From IMG/VR virus record IMGVR_UViG_3300007735_000791, positions 1 to 64,000 of that record: a stretch of DNA of 64,000 nt; one strand, written 5' to 3'. A model generated the notes under the pieces. It saw only the letters and a list, made by a program, of their open reading frames with translations, had not been told where the DNA came from and made no database searches. Origin of the DNA: a virus. A program made the position numbers and the translations under genes. Shown piece after piece: positions 18,963-29,605 of the stretch. How positions within the stretch are numbered: position 1 is the stretch's first letter; the number at the start of each line of letters is the position of its first letter.

Positions 18963-19681
18963 GTAGAGTTGGTTTTCTCCTTGCCGAAGATGAGGCTCTT
19001 AAAAACTTGTTTGCAGGAATGACCGTTCCCGATGACAGAAACAACGAACGTCCAGTAGAAGTCTTTTTTAGATATCCAGAAGGTGAAACAGAACGTTCAT
19101 ATCCATTTGTTACTTTGGAACACATTGATATTATTCATGCTAGAAATAGGCAGCATTCAGAATCTGATATCTACTACAGAACTGGTGCAGGAGCCGCACC
19201 TGCTATTCCAGCAGGTTCTGCAAATCGTATGGATTATTGGCCTAGCGTATCTACTAACTTTAACTTTAAAACAAACAAAAATAGTTACGCTTACCTAGAG
19301 GCTAACGAACATGTCCCTGTTGACTTGCTTTACCAAATCTCTACGTTTACACGAACAGCCTTACATGACAGGTACCTAACTGCAAAAATGTTGACCGAGA
19401 TATTTCCTTGGCGAAAAGGGTTTATTGATATTGGAGCAGATGGAACCATTAGGCGTTTAGACCTGTTGGACTGGACTACAGCAGACCTACTTGACCCAGA
19501 GGCTGGCTATCGCAAACGTATTTTCCGAAAAGTTTACACCGTACAAATGACCGCCGAGATTCCATCGTCTCGTATTGTGGGCACTAAGGCGGTTACTACA
19601 GTTGTTGGCGGTGTTGAGCGAATTAACAGCGTCAATGGAAGCGTATATAATATGAGCACTAACTCTGAAGAACAATTTTAA
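18959..19681 (+). CDS. Tail terminator-like protein
   Basis: YPFVTL and PVDLLYQI; precedes the sheath gene. Confidence 0.6.
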   Translation: MSRVGFLLAEDEALKNLFAGMTVPDDRNNERPVEVFFRYPEGETERSYPFVTLEHIDIIHARNRQHSESDIYYRTGAGAAPAIPAGSANRMDYWPSVSTNFNFKTNKNSYAYLEANEHVPVDLLYQISTFTRTALHDRYLTAKMLTEIFPWRKGFIDIGADGTIRRLDLLDWTTADLLDPEAGYRKRIFRKVYTVQMTAEIPSSRIVGTKAVTTVVGGVERINSVNGSVYNMSTNSEEQF

Positions 19682-19742
19682 AGAATATTAATGTGTATAG
19701 TTTCAATATCTAAGGTATACTTTCTGTAAGGAGTAATCCACA

Positions 19743-21230
19743 ATGGCATTTCAACGACCTGGCGTTTACGTATCTGAAGGCGCCTTTACTACATCACAAA
19801 CTTCTGGCACAGCCACGGTATCTGCTGGCTTTATTGCGCCTGCACCACGTGGTCCAGTTGTTCCAACAAAGGTAACGTCATGGACAGCGTATAAATCACT
19901 GTACGGTGATATTGAAGACGCTTATGACCTTCCATACGCGGTTTATCACTATTTTGCAAATGGTGGTCGCAGCGCATATGTTTCTCGTGTATACGATTCT
20001 TCTGATGCTGCTTCTGCATCAGCAAACGTTGCTGGAACAGTTAACGGTGGCGGTTCCACTACTGTATTTAAAGTACGCGCTGCAAACCCTGGAACTTGGG
20101 GCAACAACCTTACTGTGTCCGTAACCGCTGGGTTGGTTACTGGTAATGAACCAACTTTTAACTTAATTGTTAAATTGAACGGAACAGAAGTTGAACGTTG
20201 GAACGAAGTCAGTCTTGATTTGAATTCCAATCGTTATTTGGGAACGGTAGTAAATACTTATTCTACATATATTACGGTTTCAAACATTGCTACATATACT
20301 TCTGCTTTCACTGTTACTGCAGTATCTAACTCTGCATTGGCATCTGGCGCAGATGGCTCAACTCCTGCTAACGCAGATTGGGAAGACGCGGTAGACGCAT
20401 TTGATTCAGTTAACGAAGAATTAGTTCTTAACTTGGTCAACAAAACAACTGCTGCAGTTGTCAACTACGCATTATCATATGCTGAAACTCGTGGAGATTG
20501 TTTTGTAGTTATTGACCCAGCATCGGTTACATCAGGTGCTGATGCAGTTTCTGCTATTTCTGGATATACGGCTTCTTCATACGGTGCTGTGTATTATCCA
20601 AAACTTAAGATGGTTGACCCATCAAAAACTGGTGCTGCTGCAATTCGCGATACTGCACCTGGTGGGGCTATTCTTGGGTTGTATTCACGAGTTGAAGCAG
20701 AACGAACAGTTGCAAAAGCACCTGCTGGTTTTGGTTACGACGTTCGTAATGCTTTTGGTCTTGTAACTTCGTTTACCGAAGCAGAACAAGGAACAATGTA
20801 TGATGCTCACGTAAACACCATGAAAGCAATTCCTGGTGCTGGTGTAATCATCAACGGTGCTCGCACTTTGAAAAAAACAGATATCACAAAGTATGTTCCA
20901 ACACGTCGTAGTCTTAACTACGTCAAGGCTCAATCAAAGCGCCTTACAGACTTTGCAGTATTTGAACCAAACAATGAACGTCTTTGGACAAACATTCAAG
21001 TTCGCCTATCTAAGTTTCTTGCTGAGTTTTGGAGTGCAGGAGGTCTTAAAGGGCGTAACACAAGCGAAGCGTTTTATGTTTTGTGCGATTCAACAAACAA
21101 CACAACAAACACGATTGAAAATGGTGAAGTTCATGTAGAGGTCGGGATTGCACTGCAAACTCCTGCCGAATTTATTGTTATTGAAGTTAGCCAATTTGTT
21201 GGCGGCTCAAATCTGAACGAAACTGTTTAA
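19743..21230 (+). CDS. Contractile tail sheath protein
   Basis: RPGVYV, YFANGG, GARTL, YVPTRR, VFEPN, PAEFI. Confidence 0.95.
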   Translation: MAFQRPGVYVSEGAFTTSQTSGTATVSAGFIAPAPRGPVVPTKVTSWTAYKSLYGDIEDAYDLPYAVYHYFANGGRSAYVSRVYDSSDAASASANVAGTVNGGGSTTVFKVRAANPGTWGNNLTVSVTAGLVTGNEPTFNLIVKLNGTEVERWNEVSLDLNSNRYLGTVVNTYSTYITVSNIATYTSAFTVTAVSNSALASGADGSTPANADWEDAVDAFDSVNEELVLNLVNKTTAAVVNYALSYAETRGDCFVVIDPASVTSGADAVSAISGYTASSYGAVYYPKLKMVDPSKTGAAAIRDTAPGGAILGLYSRVEAERTVAKAPAGFGYDVRNAFGLVTSFTEAEQGTMYDAHVNTMKAIPGAGVIINGARTLKKTDITKYVPTRRSLNYVKAQSKRLTDFAVFEPNNERLWTNIQVRLSKFLAEFWSAGGLKGRNTSEAFYVLCDSTNNTTNTIENGEVHVEVGIALQTPAEFIVIEVSQFVGGSNLNETV

Positions 21231-21239
21231 GGAGAAATA

Positions 21240-21884
21240 ATGGCTATTTCACAACGTACTGACCCACTTCGTAATTTTAAATTCCAAATTCAAATTGTGG
21301 GCGCACCTGACCTAACAAGTCACACTTCATCAGGAACTGGCACAGGTCTTGATGGTCTTGGCTTTGCTGAAATGTCTGGTTTGAGTGTTACCAACGAATT
21401 GATTGCTTACCGTGAAGGTGGCATGAACACACACCCACACAAAATGGTTGGTCAATCAGACTTCCCACCAGTGTCGTTTAGCCGTGGTGTTTTTTCAAAT
21501 CAAGCGCAAATGTGGAAATGGCAAACATTTATCCACTCATGGCAACAAGGAACAGCGGCTACTGGAAGCACTGGTTTGTTAAAATCAGGAGGTAGCAATG
21601 ACTACCGTTGCGATATTGTTGTTCGTGTTTTTGACCACCCTTACACTCGTAACGACGGTATTGGTGGCTCATACCAAGCAACTGATTTGCCTGCAGGAGA
21701 CACAAAACCAGGTAAAGTTCAATTAGCATTTAAATTGTTTAATTGCTGGCCTGGTGTTTTTGCAATGAACGGTCTTAACGCTGGTGACAACGGTATTTTG
21801 ATTCAACAAATGACCGTGCACCATGAAGGCTTCTATGTTGCATTTACTGAGAACGAAATTGACCAAATTGGAACTACTCGTTAA
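21240..21884 (+). CDS. Tail tube protein (T4 gp19-like)
   Basis: DPLRNFKF, GFAEMSGL, YREGG, SRG, NCWP, HEG. Confidence 0.92.
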   Translation: MAISQRTDPLRNFKFQIQIVGAPDLTSHTSSGTGTGLDGLGFAEMSGLSVTNELIAYREGGMNTHPHKMVGQSDFPPVSFSRGVFSNQAQMWKWQTFIHSWQQGTAATGSTGLLKSGGSNDYRCDIVVRVFDHPYTRNDGIGGSYQATDLPAGDTKPGKVQLAFKLFNCWPGVFAMNGLNAGDNGILIQQMTVHHEGFYVAFTENEIDQIGTTR

Positions 21885-21918
21885 TTAATTTAATAATTTA
21901 CAACTTAAGGAGCACTAT

Positions 21919-22719
21919 ATGTCTACTGAACTTTCGTCTCAAGCCGAGGCTGTAAACCAAGCACTTCAAGAACCAGCACCTAAGGTAGACCTTCCAACAA
22001 GTTTAAAGGTTGACCTTTTTCGTGGTTTATACGAACCTTCTTCAAAAGAGTGGTATACAACTGCAACTGTTCGTGAACTTAACGGAGAAGACGAAGAGGC
22101 TCTTTCTGCTTTTGACGTTCAAAAAAACGTTACCTATTCGGAGTATATGACCCATCTTTTAAAACGTGGGGTTGTAACAATTGGAAATGTTGAAGTAAAA
22201 GGTAGAGCAGAAATCATTGACGACTTAATTGTTGGCGATAGAGATGCTTTGTTTTTGGGAGTTTTAAAAGCAACTTATGGTCGTTATCGTGAGTTTCAAG
22301 TAACTTGTCGCGAATGTAGTGGAGACAACGACATTACTATAGACCTAGATACAGACTTTAAAAGCGAGCCTGTAAAAGTAAACCTTCACCAACCAATTGA
22401 TGTAAAACTAAAAAACAACACCACAGTTCAACTACGCTATCCAACTGGTGGTGATAGCCAAATTGCTGGTAAACGTGGTAAAACTACGGCTGAACAAAAT
22501 ACTATTATCTTGTCACGATGTGCATTATTAGACGGTAAAACTACTGCTGAAAAAGAGGCGTGGGCTAGGGGGTTGTCATTGGCTGACCGTAACAAGTTAG
22601 TTAAAGCCCTCTTCTCGGCGCAACCAGGGCCTCGTATGGAAGAGGTGGAAACCCAATGCTCCCACTGTAATGCTAAGATAGTACTAGCATTAGATTGGGT
22701 CGCACTTTTATTTGGCTAA
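21919..22719 (+). CDS. Tail assembly chaperone
   Basis: VRELNGEDEE, GDRDAL, two CxxC pairs; lies between tube and tape measure. Confidence 0.8.
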   Translation: MSTELSSQAEAVNQALQEPAPKVDLPTSLKVDLFRGLYEPSSKEWYTTATVRELNGEDEEALSAFDVQKNVTYSEYMTHLLKRGVVTIGNVEVKGRAEIIDDLIVGDRDALFLGVLKATYGRYREFQVTCRECSGDNDITIDLDTDFKSEPVKVNLHQPIDVKLKNNTTVQLRYPTGGDSQIAGKRGKTTAEQNTIILSRCALLDGKTTAEKEAWARGLSLADRNKLVKALFSAQPGPRMEEVETQCSHCNAKIVLALDWVALLFG

Positions 22720-22861
22720 TCTAGTCAGGGTTTATTGGGAGTACGAAGCGATTGCCTCTACGTATAGGGGTTTTGGTCTAAAAGACCTTAAAACTATGAC
22801 GGTAAGACAACGAGCATACTGGTTCAGGATGGCTAGTTGGCGAAACTCCAGTGGAGGCTAA
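22706..22861 (+). CDS. Probable +1 frameshift extension of the tail assembly chaperone (GT-like)
   Basis: The +1 frame is open 22694-22861 (FYLANLVRVYWEYEAIASTYRGFGLKDLKTMTVRQRAYW...); candidate slip site CTT TTA at 22705. Confidence 0.65.
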   Translation, partial: FYLANLVRVYWEYEAIASTYRGFGLKDLKTMTVRQRAYWFRMASWRNSSGG

Positions 22862-22868
22862 TTAAATA

Positions 22869-25661
22869 ATGGAAGAACCAAATCTTTCTGGTGGCTTAGG
22901 CGGCAGTGCTGCTGAAGGTAACGCCGCTAGTGCAATGGGTAATTCTGTTGTTAACTCACGCCTTAGCGTTGACCTTAAAATGTTGGAAGGTCTTAACAGA
23001 GAACTTAACACCTTAAACGAAAACACTAAAAAAATTAAATCTAATTTTAAAGATTTAATTAGGAACACCAAAGACTTAACTGCAGAACTAAACAAAGCCG
23101 CTACTGCAATGGGCAAAGTTAGTGGCAAATCTAGTTCTGGTTACATGGACACATCTAAAGGCATGCCAGCAGTAGCAGACATGCGTGAAATGCAATTACA
23201 AAGCGTTGAGCGCATCTTAGGAGCGCTTGGTAAAGGTGGTGGAGGGTTACCTGGCGGCGGAGGTGGCGGAGGTGGAGGAGGAAAGATTCTTGGTGGATTA
23301 AAGGCTTTTGGAAACACCTTACAAAATAATCCTTATTTTAAAACTGGTCAACAATTTGCTCAAATTGTTGGCGCTGGCGCAGACATTATTGATAGCCGTG
23401 TGGACAGAAACAGAGGTTACGCACTTCCCGCTGACAGACTAAGTGTTCAACTACAACAACAATATGGCATGAGCCAAATGGATGTAATGAACAACCTACG
23501 TGGTCCATTACGTGGTCGTCGTTTAGGAATGGGTGGAATTAACGAATTACTTTCAATGCAATCACGAACTGGAATTAATGCGGCTCAACAAGCAGGTTCT
23601 GTTGAGAGTATGAGAACATTAATGGGGTACGGTTACAGTGCTGGTGACGCAACTCAATACATTGAAAGCCTTGGTCAAGCAGACACTGTAAACAGAATGT
23701 TTATGATGACTGGAACTAGTCTTTATGGTATTGGTGGTCAGCAAAAGTCAGCACAACAAGTAAACCAAGATTTAATTCAAAGGCTTGGATTAAACAACCG
23801 AGAAATTATTAATGCTGGTCGTCAATCTGGCTCTATGGTTCGTCAACGTTTGCAAATGTCTGGACTTGATGAAGGCGCTCAAGATTTGTTGTTGCAGTAC
23901 GCAGAATCAAATGTTAGTTTTACTGAAAAAGGTGGTAAAGGTTTTTACGACCCATCTAAAAAATCAGACCGTGAACGCATGGGAATTGAAGGAAACTATG
24001 CTACACAACAAGAAGAAACTACCCGAACAGAAGTAAATCGTGAAGAACAAATGTACAAACGTCAAGCAGATAACTATGCCGATATGGAAAGAAATCTTCA
24101 ACGAGTAAATAAAGTTCTTGGTGAGTTTGAAGATAAGTTGTCGTCAATTATTGGTGCTCGCACATCTACTCGTGGTATGTTTGGTGGACAGGGAATGAAA
24201 TTCCTTGGCGGTGCAGCAATGGTTGCTGGTGGAGTAATGTCATTAATCCCTGGAATGCAAGCATTGGGCATTGGCACTATGGCTGCTGGTGCTGGTATGT
24301 TTTCAAAAGGTGATGCTACTGGTGGAGGAGCAGCAAACCCTGGGCGTATTGCTTCGGAAAACCCTACCAAAAAACCAACAAACACTGCTGGTCTTTCTCA
24401 ATTAAAACCAGTTTTACGTGAACCTCTTGCAAAATTGATGGCAGACCGTCCTGGAATTTCTATTGGTCAGGGTTATCGCAGTCCAGAACAACAAAAGAAA
24501 ATGTTTTTGGAACGCTATTACCGAACAGATGAAAAAACTGATACGTACTATGACGGTTCATATTGGATGAAAAAACCAGGTGTTGCAATGGCAGCACCTC
24601 CTGGATTGTCATATCACGAAATTGGTTTGGCTGCTGACCTTGTATTTGCTACCAATGCTGATGAAGCATGGTTGCAAGCAAATGCCAGCAAATATGGTCT
24701 TGATGAGTTTTCACGACACGGAGAACCGTGGCACGTCCAATCAAAAGCCTACCCAGCAAGCCGTAGACAGTATGAAGACAGTGGGGCAACATATGGAACA
24801 GAAACTGAACCTGAATACAAGTATGTTCCAGACACTACTGGTGTAATCACAGAAACAGGCCCAACTGGACAAAGTGGCATGGACATGAGTTACAGTGCAA
24901 CAATTAAACAACAGTTAACTATGTCTGAATCAATGGCTACTTTTTCAGCACAGGGCGTTGGTGGAACTGTTGGTGGAACTTCTAAACGACGTACACAACA
25001 AAGCGGAAAAGACAGAGGAAGTGCAGGAAAAACAAAAATTGATTCCGCTCCTGGTTCTTTTGACCCATACGAGTTGGCTCGTATGCTTGACCGAAGAAAG
25101 TTTAAAAAAGAAGACATTTGGAAGATGCTTGCTATTTCATGGCGAGAATCTAGGTGGAATCCAAAAGCCTATGTAAGAGACCATGACGATGATTCATATG
25201 GTTTGTTTCAAATTAACATGCTTGGAAACATGGGTCCAAAACGCGCTAAAGATTTTGGAATTTCAGATTACAAACAATTACTTGACCCAACAACAAATAT
25301 AAAAGCAGCGCGTATTATGTATGGAGGCGGCAATTTAGACCCTTGGACTAAAAATGGAAGTCCAATAGGTGGGATTCCTGACTCAACAATTAAAGTAAGT
25401 AAAGAAATTGCTGGAAGTCTTGGGTTTCCTACAGGCGACCCTTCAGATAAAGGTTATACTCCGCAAAGACAAAAAAATAGTTCTGCATCTGGTTCTACTA
25501 CTATTAAAACTGGAGAAACTATAAACAATACGTTTAATGTTACTCCTACTATAAACCTTACTAGTACTGGGTCTGTTCCTGTAGACGCTGCCAAATTAGC
25601 AAAAGAAGTAACCAAACTTATTGACCGCGAACTAAAAATGAACATGGTAAGGAGTTCGTAA
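22869..25661 (+). CDS. Tape measure protein with M15 peptidase and lytic transglycosylase domains
   Basis: 930 aa after the chaperone; GYRS...PPGLSYH..GLAAD...EPWH; WRES...SYGLFQIN. Confidence 0.88.
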   Translation: MEEPNLSGGLGGSAAEGNAASAMGNSVVNSRLSVDLKMLEGLNRELNTLNENTKKIKSNFKDLIRNTKDLTAELNKAATAMGKVSGKSSSGYMDTSKGMPAVADMREMQLQSVERILGALGKGGGGLPGGGGGGGGGGKILGGLKAFGNTLQNNPYFKTGQQFAQIVGAGADIIDSRVDRNRGYALPADRLSVQLQQQYGMSQMDVMNNLRGPLRGRRLGMGGINELLSMQSRTGINAAQQAGSVESMRTLMGYGYSAGDATQYIESLGQADTVNRMFMMTGTSLYGIGGQQKSAQQVNQDLIQRLGLNNREIINAGRQSGSMVRQRLQMSGLDEGAQDLLLQYAESNVSFTEKGGKGFYDPSKKSDRERMGIEGNYATQQEETTRTEVNREEQMYKRQADNYADMERNLQRVNKVLGEFEDKLSSIIGARTSTRGMFGGQGMKFLGGAAMVAGGVMSLIPGMQALGIGTMAAGAGMFSKGDATGGGAANPGRIASENPTKKPTNTAGLSQLKPVLREPLAKLMADRPGISIGQGYRSPEQQKKMFLERYYRTDEKTDTYYDGSYWMKKPGVAMAAPPGLSYHEIGLAADLVFATNADEAWLQANASKYGLDEFSRHGEPWHVQSKAYPASRRQYEDSGATYGTETEPEYKYVPDTTGVITETGPTGQSGMDMSYSATIKQQLTMSESMATFSAQGVGGTVGGTSKRRTQQSGKDRGSAGKTKIDSAPGSFDPYELARMLDRRKFKKEDIWKMLAISWRESRWNPKAYVRDHDDDSYGLFQINMLGNMGPKRAKDFGISDYKQLLDPTTNIKAARIMYGGGNLDPWTKNGSPIGGIPDSTIKVSKEIAGSLGFPTGDPSDKGYTPQRQKNSSASGSTTIKTGETINNTFNVTPTINLTSTGSVPVDAAKLAKEVTKLIDRELKMNMVRSS

Positions 25662-25662
25662 T

Positions 25663-27456
25663 ATGGCTGATTTTGAAAAACTTGAATGGACTTTAGCAGA
25701 AGCGTTTAACAATGATTTTAATAACTATGCACGGCTAAAGGAACCACGAGATGTAAGTAGGGAAAACAAAGCATTTGCTTTTCCTGGTCCATACTCTAGA
25801 AATATTGCTGGAACAAATATAGACCAAAAAATGAAACGCGGTTTTATGCGTAGCATTATTATGGACAAAGATATTTCTGAAAAATTTAAAGTAACTAGTC
25901 CTGGCAATCTTCGTCTTAATTTTCAATTTAACCCAGAATATATTGAACGTAATGTGCGCCAAAGTCCTGGTGCTGTAAACCCTTTATTACAAAATCCAGC
26001 CAACTTAACTCAAGCAGTTCCAGGAACTGCTGAATTTAGTTTCACTATGATGTTTAACCGTGAAGCAGAAGTAGCACAACGTCGTAGAGATTTAATATTA
26101 GGTACTCAACGAATTCAAGGAAGTGCTGACAGAATTGAAGCCAATCTTGCAGCCAATATAATAGATGATATAAATACAAGTGACATTACTAATGCATTAA
26201 AAGACCCTGGTAAGGTTGGAGTAATGCATGACCTTTCTATCTTTGACAGCATTATTGGACAAGGTATTACTGAAGAATTAGTAAATGTTATTTCTGCGTA
26301 TACTCAACAACAAACTGTTGCAATAACCAATGAAGCAGACGAAGACGACGAAATTACAGTTTTTGATAAAACTAAATTTGAAGAATCAGTTACTAAAAAC
26401 TTTGGTAACTCTGCTTTCTTAAACCCAATGCCTGTTCGTATTGTGTTTTCAGATTTGTTTATGGTTGAAGGATTAGTAGTTGGTTCAGCAGTGGCTTTTC
26501 AAAAATTTAGTCAAGACATGATTCCAACAATATGTCAAATTAATTGTACCGTATATGCACTGTATGTTGGTTTTGCAAAAAGAAAAGCATTTTTAACAGA
26601 CAATCTTACATCTTGGGCAGTACAAACAGCCAATGCTGTAAAAGAAACACAAGCAGCAACTGCTCAAGCAACTAAACAACTTCAGCAAAGTATACATAAA
26701 TTAAACGTTGGAATAAATGCTGTAGCCCCTGGTAACGCATTAACTGTTCCCGCTACAAACTCTATTGGTATGAAAGTGTTTCAAGCAACAAATACTGGTG
26801 TTTATTTAGAAAATGCTTCTATATATTATGCAGGGAATGGTAGCACTGCTGCGAATAGGTTTGTAACACTTCCTCAATGGTTTAATGCTTTTGCTGCAAG
26901 CAACAATTCTTTAGGAATAATGAAAAACACAGCGGGTTCTTATGTAGGGAACACTGTTTTAAGTAGTTTTGGTAAAACAGCACTTCCAATAACTTTATAT
27001 GTAACAACAACAGATGCTTCATTTAACACAGTTTCATCTTCGCTCACATCAAGCATTATAGATACAAACACTAGTCAAAATAAATCAGCAGTAATTACTG
27101 GCGGTGGAACTTGGACTAAAATTACAGATAAAGAAATGGGATTTCTTGCTGAAACCACTGTAAACGGTGTAAAATTTTATGTTTTTAAAAACACTTTTAA
27201 TCTTGACCCAGTAGACATAACTAGTGTTAAACAAACAATTAATCATACGTCTCGTTGCAAATTAATATTAAATATTACATTTCAAAAAACTTTATCAGAT
27301 GGGTCCACGGCTAAACACGAAATTAATCAAGATTTGTATTACAACGGAACCGACCCATTTTTTTATGATGTTGTTTCAGGAGTTAACAACAATTTTGATT
27401 TAGTTAAAAAATATGTTTTTAATTTAAAAAAACCAACAGGAAAAGAATTAAAGTAG
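25663..27456 (+). CDS. Baseplate / tube-initiator-like protein
   Basis: LNFQFNPEYI tube-fold motif; follows the tape measure gene. Confidence 0.6.
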   Translation: MADFEKLEWTLAEAFNNDFNNYARLKEPRDVSRENKAFAFPGPYSRNIAGTNIDQKMKRGFMRSIIMDKDISEKFKVTSPGNLRLNFQFNPEYIERNVRQSPGAVNPLLQNPANLTQAVPGTAEFSFTMMFNREAEVAQRRRDLILGTQRIQGSADRIEANLAANIIDDINTSDITNALKDPGKVGVMHDLSIFDSIIGQGITEELVNVISAYTQQQTVAITNEADEDDEITVFDKTKFEESVTKNFGNSAFLNPMPVRIVFSDLFMVEGLVVGSAVAFQKFSQDMIPTICQINCTVYALYVGFAKRKAFLTDNLTSWAVQTANAVKETQAATAQATKQLQQSIHKLNVGINAVAPGNALTVPATNSIGMKVFQATNTGVYLENASIYYAGNGSTAANRFVTLPQWFNAFAASNNSLGIMKNTAGSYVGNTVLSSFGKTALPITLYVTTTDASFNTVSSSLTSSIIDTNTSQNKSAVITGGGTWTKITDKEMGFLAETTVNGVKFYVFKNTFNLDPVDITSVKQTINHTSRCKLILNITFQKTLSDGSTAKHEINQDLYYNGTDPFFYDVVSGVNNNFDLVKKYVFNLKKPTGKELK

Positions 27457-27464
27457 GTTAACTA

Positions 27465-27728
27465 ATGCTTAACTCTAAATCGTCTCGTTATTTTTCTACA
27501 TATTATAATGATAATAATACAGAAGCACGAGCCATAGCAAAACGTGTTACTACAAAATCTCAACCATATTTTACTCACGTAACTGAGTCAAATGAATCAT
27601 TTGCTTCTCTTGCAGGAAAATATTTGTACAATGAAAAACTATATTGGTACATTGCTGACCAGAATCCACAAATTCGTTTTCCTGATTTAATTCCTGTTGG
27701 AACACTTGTTCGCATACCGTTAGCATGA
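27465..27728 (+). CDS. LysM / P2 gpX-like baseplate protein
   Basis: SFASLAGKY...YWYIADQNP...GTLVRIP. Confidence 0.8.
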   Translation: MLNSKSSRYFSTYYNDNNTEARAIAKRVTTKSQPYFTHVTESNESFASLAGKYLYNEKLYWYIADQNPQIRFPDLIPVGTLVRIPLA

Positions 27729-28897
27729 TTACCACTAATCTTTCGCCTCTTGGCATCATTTGGAATATTGCCATAGACGGTGTTCCCTTTAACAAACAAA
27801 CTGTTCAACGTGTTCAAACATCTTTTGTTGAAAACCAACACGATTACCTTTCTGTTGAACTTGTAGGTGTTCCTTCTACGTATGTTTCTTTGTACGTAGA
27901 CCGACCTATAACCATGTCCGTAACAATTAATGGTGGTAAATCGTTTTCTTTTTATGGTTATGTAACTCAAGTTGAAGGAACTTCTTCTACAAATGAAGGA
28001 ACAGTTAATAATAGTCCGTTTCAAATTATTAAACTTATTTGCCTTGGTTCATCACACCTGCTTCGTAGCAACAACACTTTAGTTTGGGAAAACGTTACTT
28101 TAGAAAATATCGTTTCCGATATTGCCAATGATTTTAGATTAGGTTATTCAATGCCCGTAGATAACTACGTGTTTAAACGCCTTGTTCAGTCAGAAGAATC
28201 TTTGTGGAAATTGCTTGTAAAAGCATGCGACCAATTAGGGTACACAATAACACTTACTAATTCTCATATACATATTTGGGATAAAAACAAATCATTAGCG
28301 CGTCAATCGTCATATACCGTGTTGCGCGGAATAAAAATTAAAAGAGAAAACTATAGCCCTCTTCCAGGAGATATTATTAGTTTAGAATCAACTCTTGGAA
28401 CTGCTGACGTTTCTCAACAATCTGGTGACAAGACCGTTTCATACATTGATGAACGTGGTGTATTTGTTACTGTTGACAGTTCTCAACTAAACGGATTAAA
28501 CAGTTTTGGAACTCCTCCAGAAAGTAGGTTTTATAACAAGTTAACAATTAGTGTTGATTCTTTTGAAAAAGCATCTCGTTACATTGAATCTAAAATTAAA
28601 AAAGCGTATCCGTATATGGCAGATGCTTTAGTATACGGAGACCCATCTATTGTTCCAGGTGGTGTAGTAAAAGTTGAAGGCTATGGTGGAGACTTTGATG
28701 GATATTGGTACGTTAACTCTGTAACACATACATTGTCAACTGATAACTTATTATCATCTTTAAAATTAGAAAAAGATGGAACGTACGACATTCTTCCAAA
28801 GTTCCCAATTGTTCAACGTTACCAACAAGCGCCTTTACCAACATTGATTAAAAACAAATGGGTTATGAAATCAGAGTATGTAAATGTATACAATTAA
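27725..28897 (+). CDS. Baseplate hub (gpD / VgrG-N-like)
   Basis: Q.EES.W.LL..., GDPSIVPG..V.V.G....DGYWYV.SVTH. Confidence 0.8.
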   Translation: MITTNLSPLGIIWNIAIDGVPFNKQTVQRVQTSFVENQHDYLSVELVGVPSTYVSLYVDRPITMSVTINGGKSFSFYGYVTQVEGTSSTNEGTVNNSPFQIIKLICLGSSHLLRSNNTLVWENVTLENIVSDIANDFRLGYSMPVDNYVFKRLVQSEESLWKLLVKACDQLGYTITLTNSHIHIWDKNKSLARQSSYTVLRGIKIKRENYSPLPGDIISLESTLGTADVSQQSGDKTVSYIDERGVFVTVDSSQLNGLNSFGTPPESRFYNKLTISVDSFEKASRYIESKIKKAYPYMADALVYGDPSIVPGGVVKVEGYGGDFDGYWYVNSVTHTLSTDNLLSSLKLEKDGTYDILPKFPIVQRYQQAPLPTLIKNKWVMKSEYVNVYN

Positions 28898-29210
28898 AGG
28901 CATTCATACTGTCGTGTCTGGAGGACCACACCGAGCAGTAGTAACTTATTCCAACAGTAGTAGTGGGGAAATAAGAGTTCGTATACCTGCTGTGTTAGGC
29001 TCGTCAGAAGTGGCTATTTCATTAATTGGAAGACAACCTGATTTAAACGGTTGGTCTGTTCCTTTTGTTGGAGACCAAATTATTGTTGGTACAGATGATA
29101 GTACTTTTACAAATGTATTTTGGATTCAAAGTGATGGGACGTCTAAACTTAAAGAACGAATTGCCACATTAGAAGCACAAGTGGCATCTATTTTGGAGGC
29201 ATTATCATGA
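28884..29210 (+). CDS. Baseplate spike protein (OB-fold)
   Basis: GEIRVRIP...P.VGDQI.V.....VFW. Confidence 0.7.
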   Translation: MYTIKGIHTVVSGGPHRAVVTYSNSSSGEIRVRIPAVLGSSEVAISLIGRQPDLNGWSVPFVGDQIIVGTDDSTFTNVFWIQSDGTSKLKERIATLEAQVASILEALS

Positions 29211-29605
29211 GGTCTATTAGAATACCTTTTAGTTTTGAAGAGGGCAGCGTATCTTCTACAACTAACGTAGATACTATCGTTAAACAAGAAATTATTAATT
29301 ATTTTATGACAATTACTGGAGAAAGGGTAATGAACCAACAATATGGCGGTAGTTTACCTCAACTGTCTTTTGAAATTAACGACCCTTTAGTTTTGGCTGA
29401 TTATAAACTAGACGCTATCAGTGACGTTAATTCAAACCTGTCTTTTGGAAAAGTATTAGACATGGCTGTAGTGGACAACGAAAATACTACATTTTATGAG
29501 GAAAACGTGGCTACCGTGCTGGTTCGTTACGCCGTAGCACCTAGAACAATATCTACTGTAAAATTAATAGTAACAAACACATTTAATGAAGAAAGCGATA
29601 TCTAA
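29207..29605 (+). CDS. gp25-like baseplate wedge / sheath initiator
   Basis: IPF...T..GERVM...YG.....L.FE. Confidence 0.85.
   Translation: MRSIRIPFSFEEGSVSSTTNVDTIVKQEIINYFMTITGERVMNQQYGGSLPQLSFEINDPLVLADYKLDAISDVNSNLSFGKVLDMAVVDNENTTFYEENVATVLVRYAVAPRTISTVKLIVTNTFNEESDI

Noticed and set aside
22717-22770. Stop-codon readthrough of the tail chaperone
   Set aside because: The same frame hits TAG within about 16 codons; the +1 frame gives the chaperone-like extension.
23235-23282. G-rich GGN repeats as a DNA-level element
   Set aside because: Explained by a poly-Gly linker in the tape measure protein.
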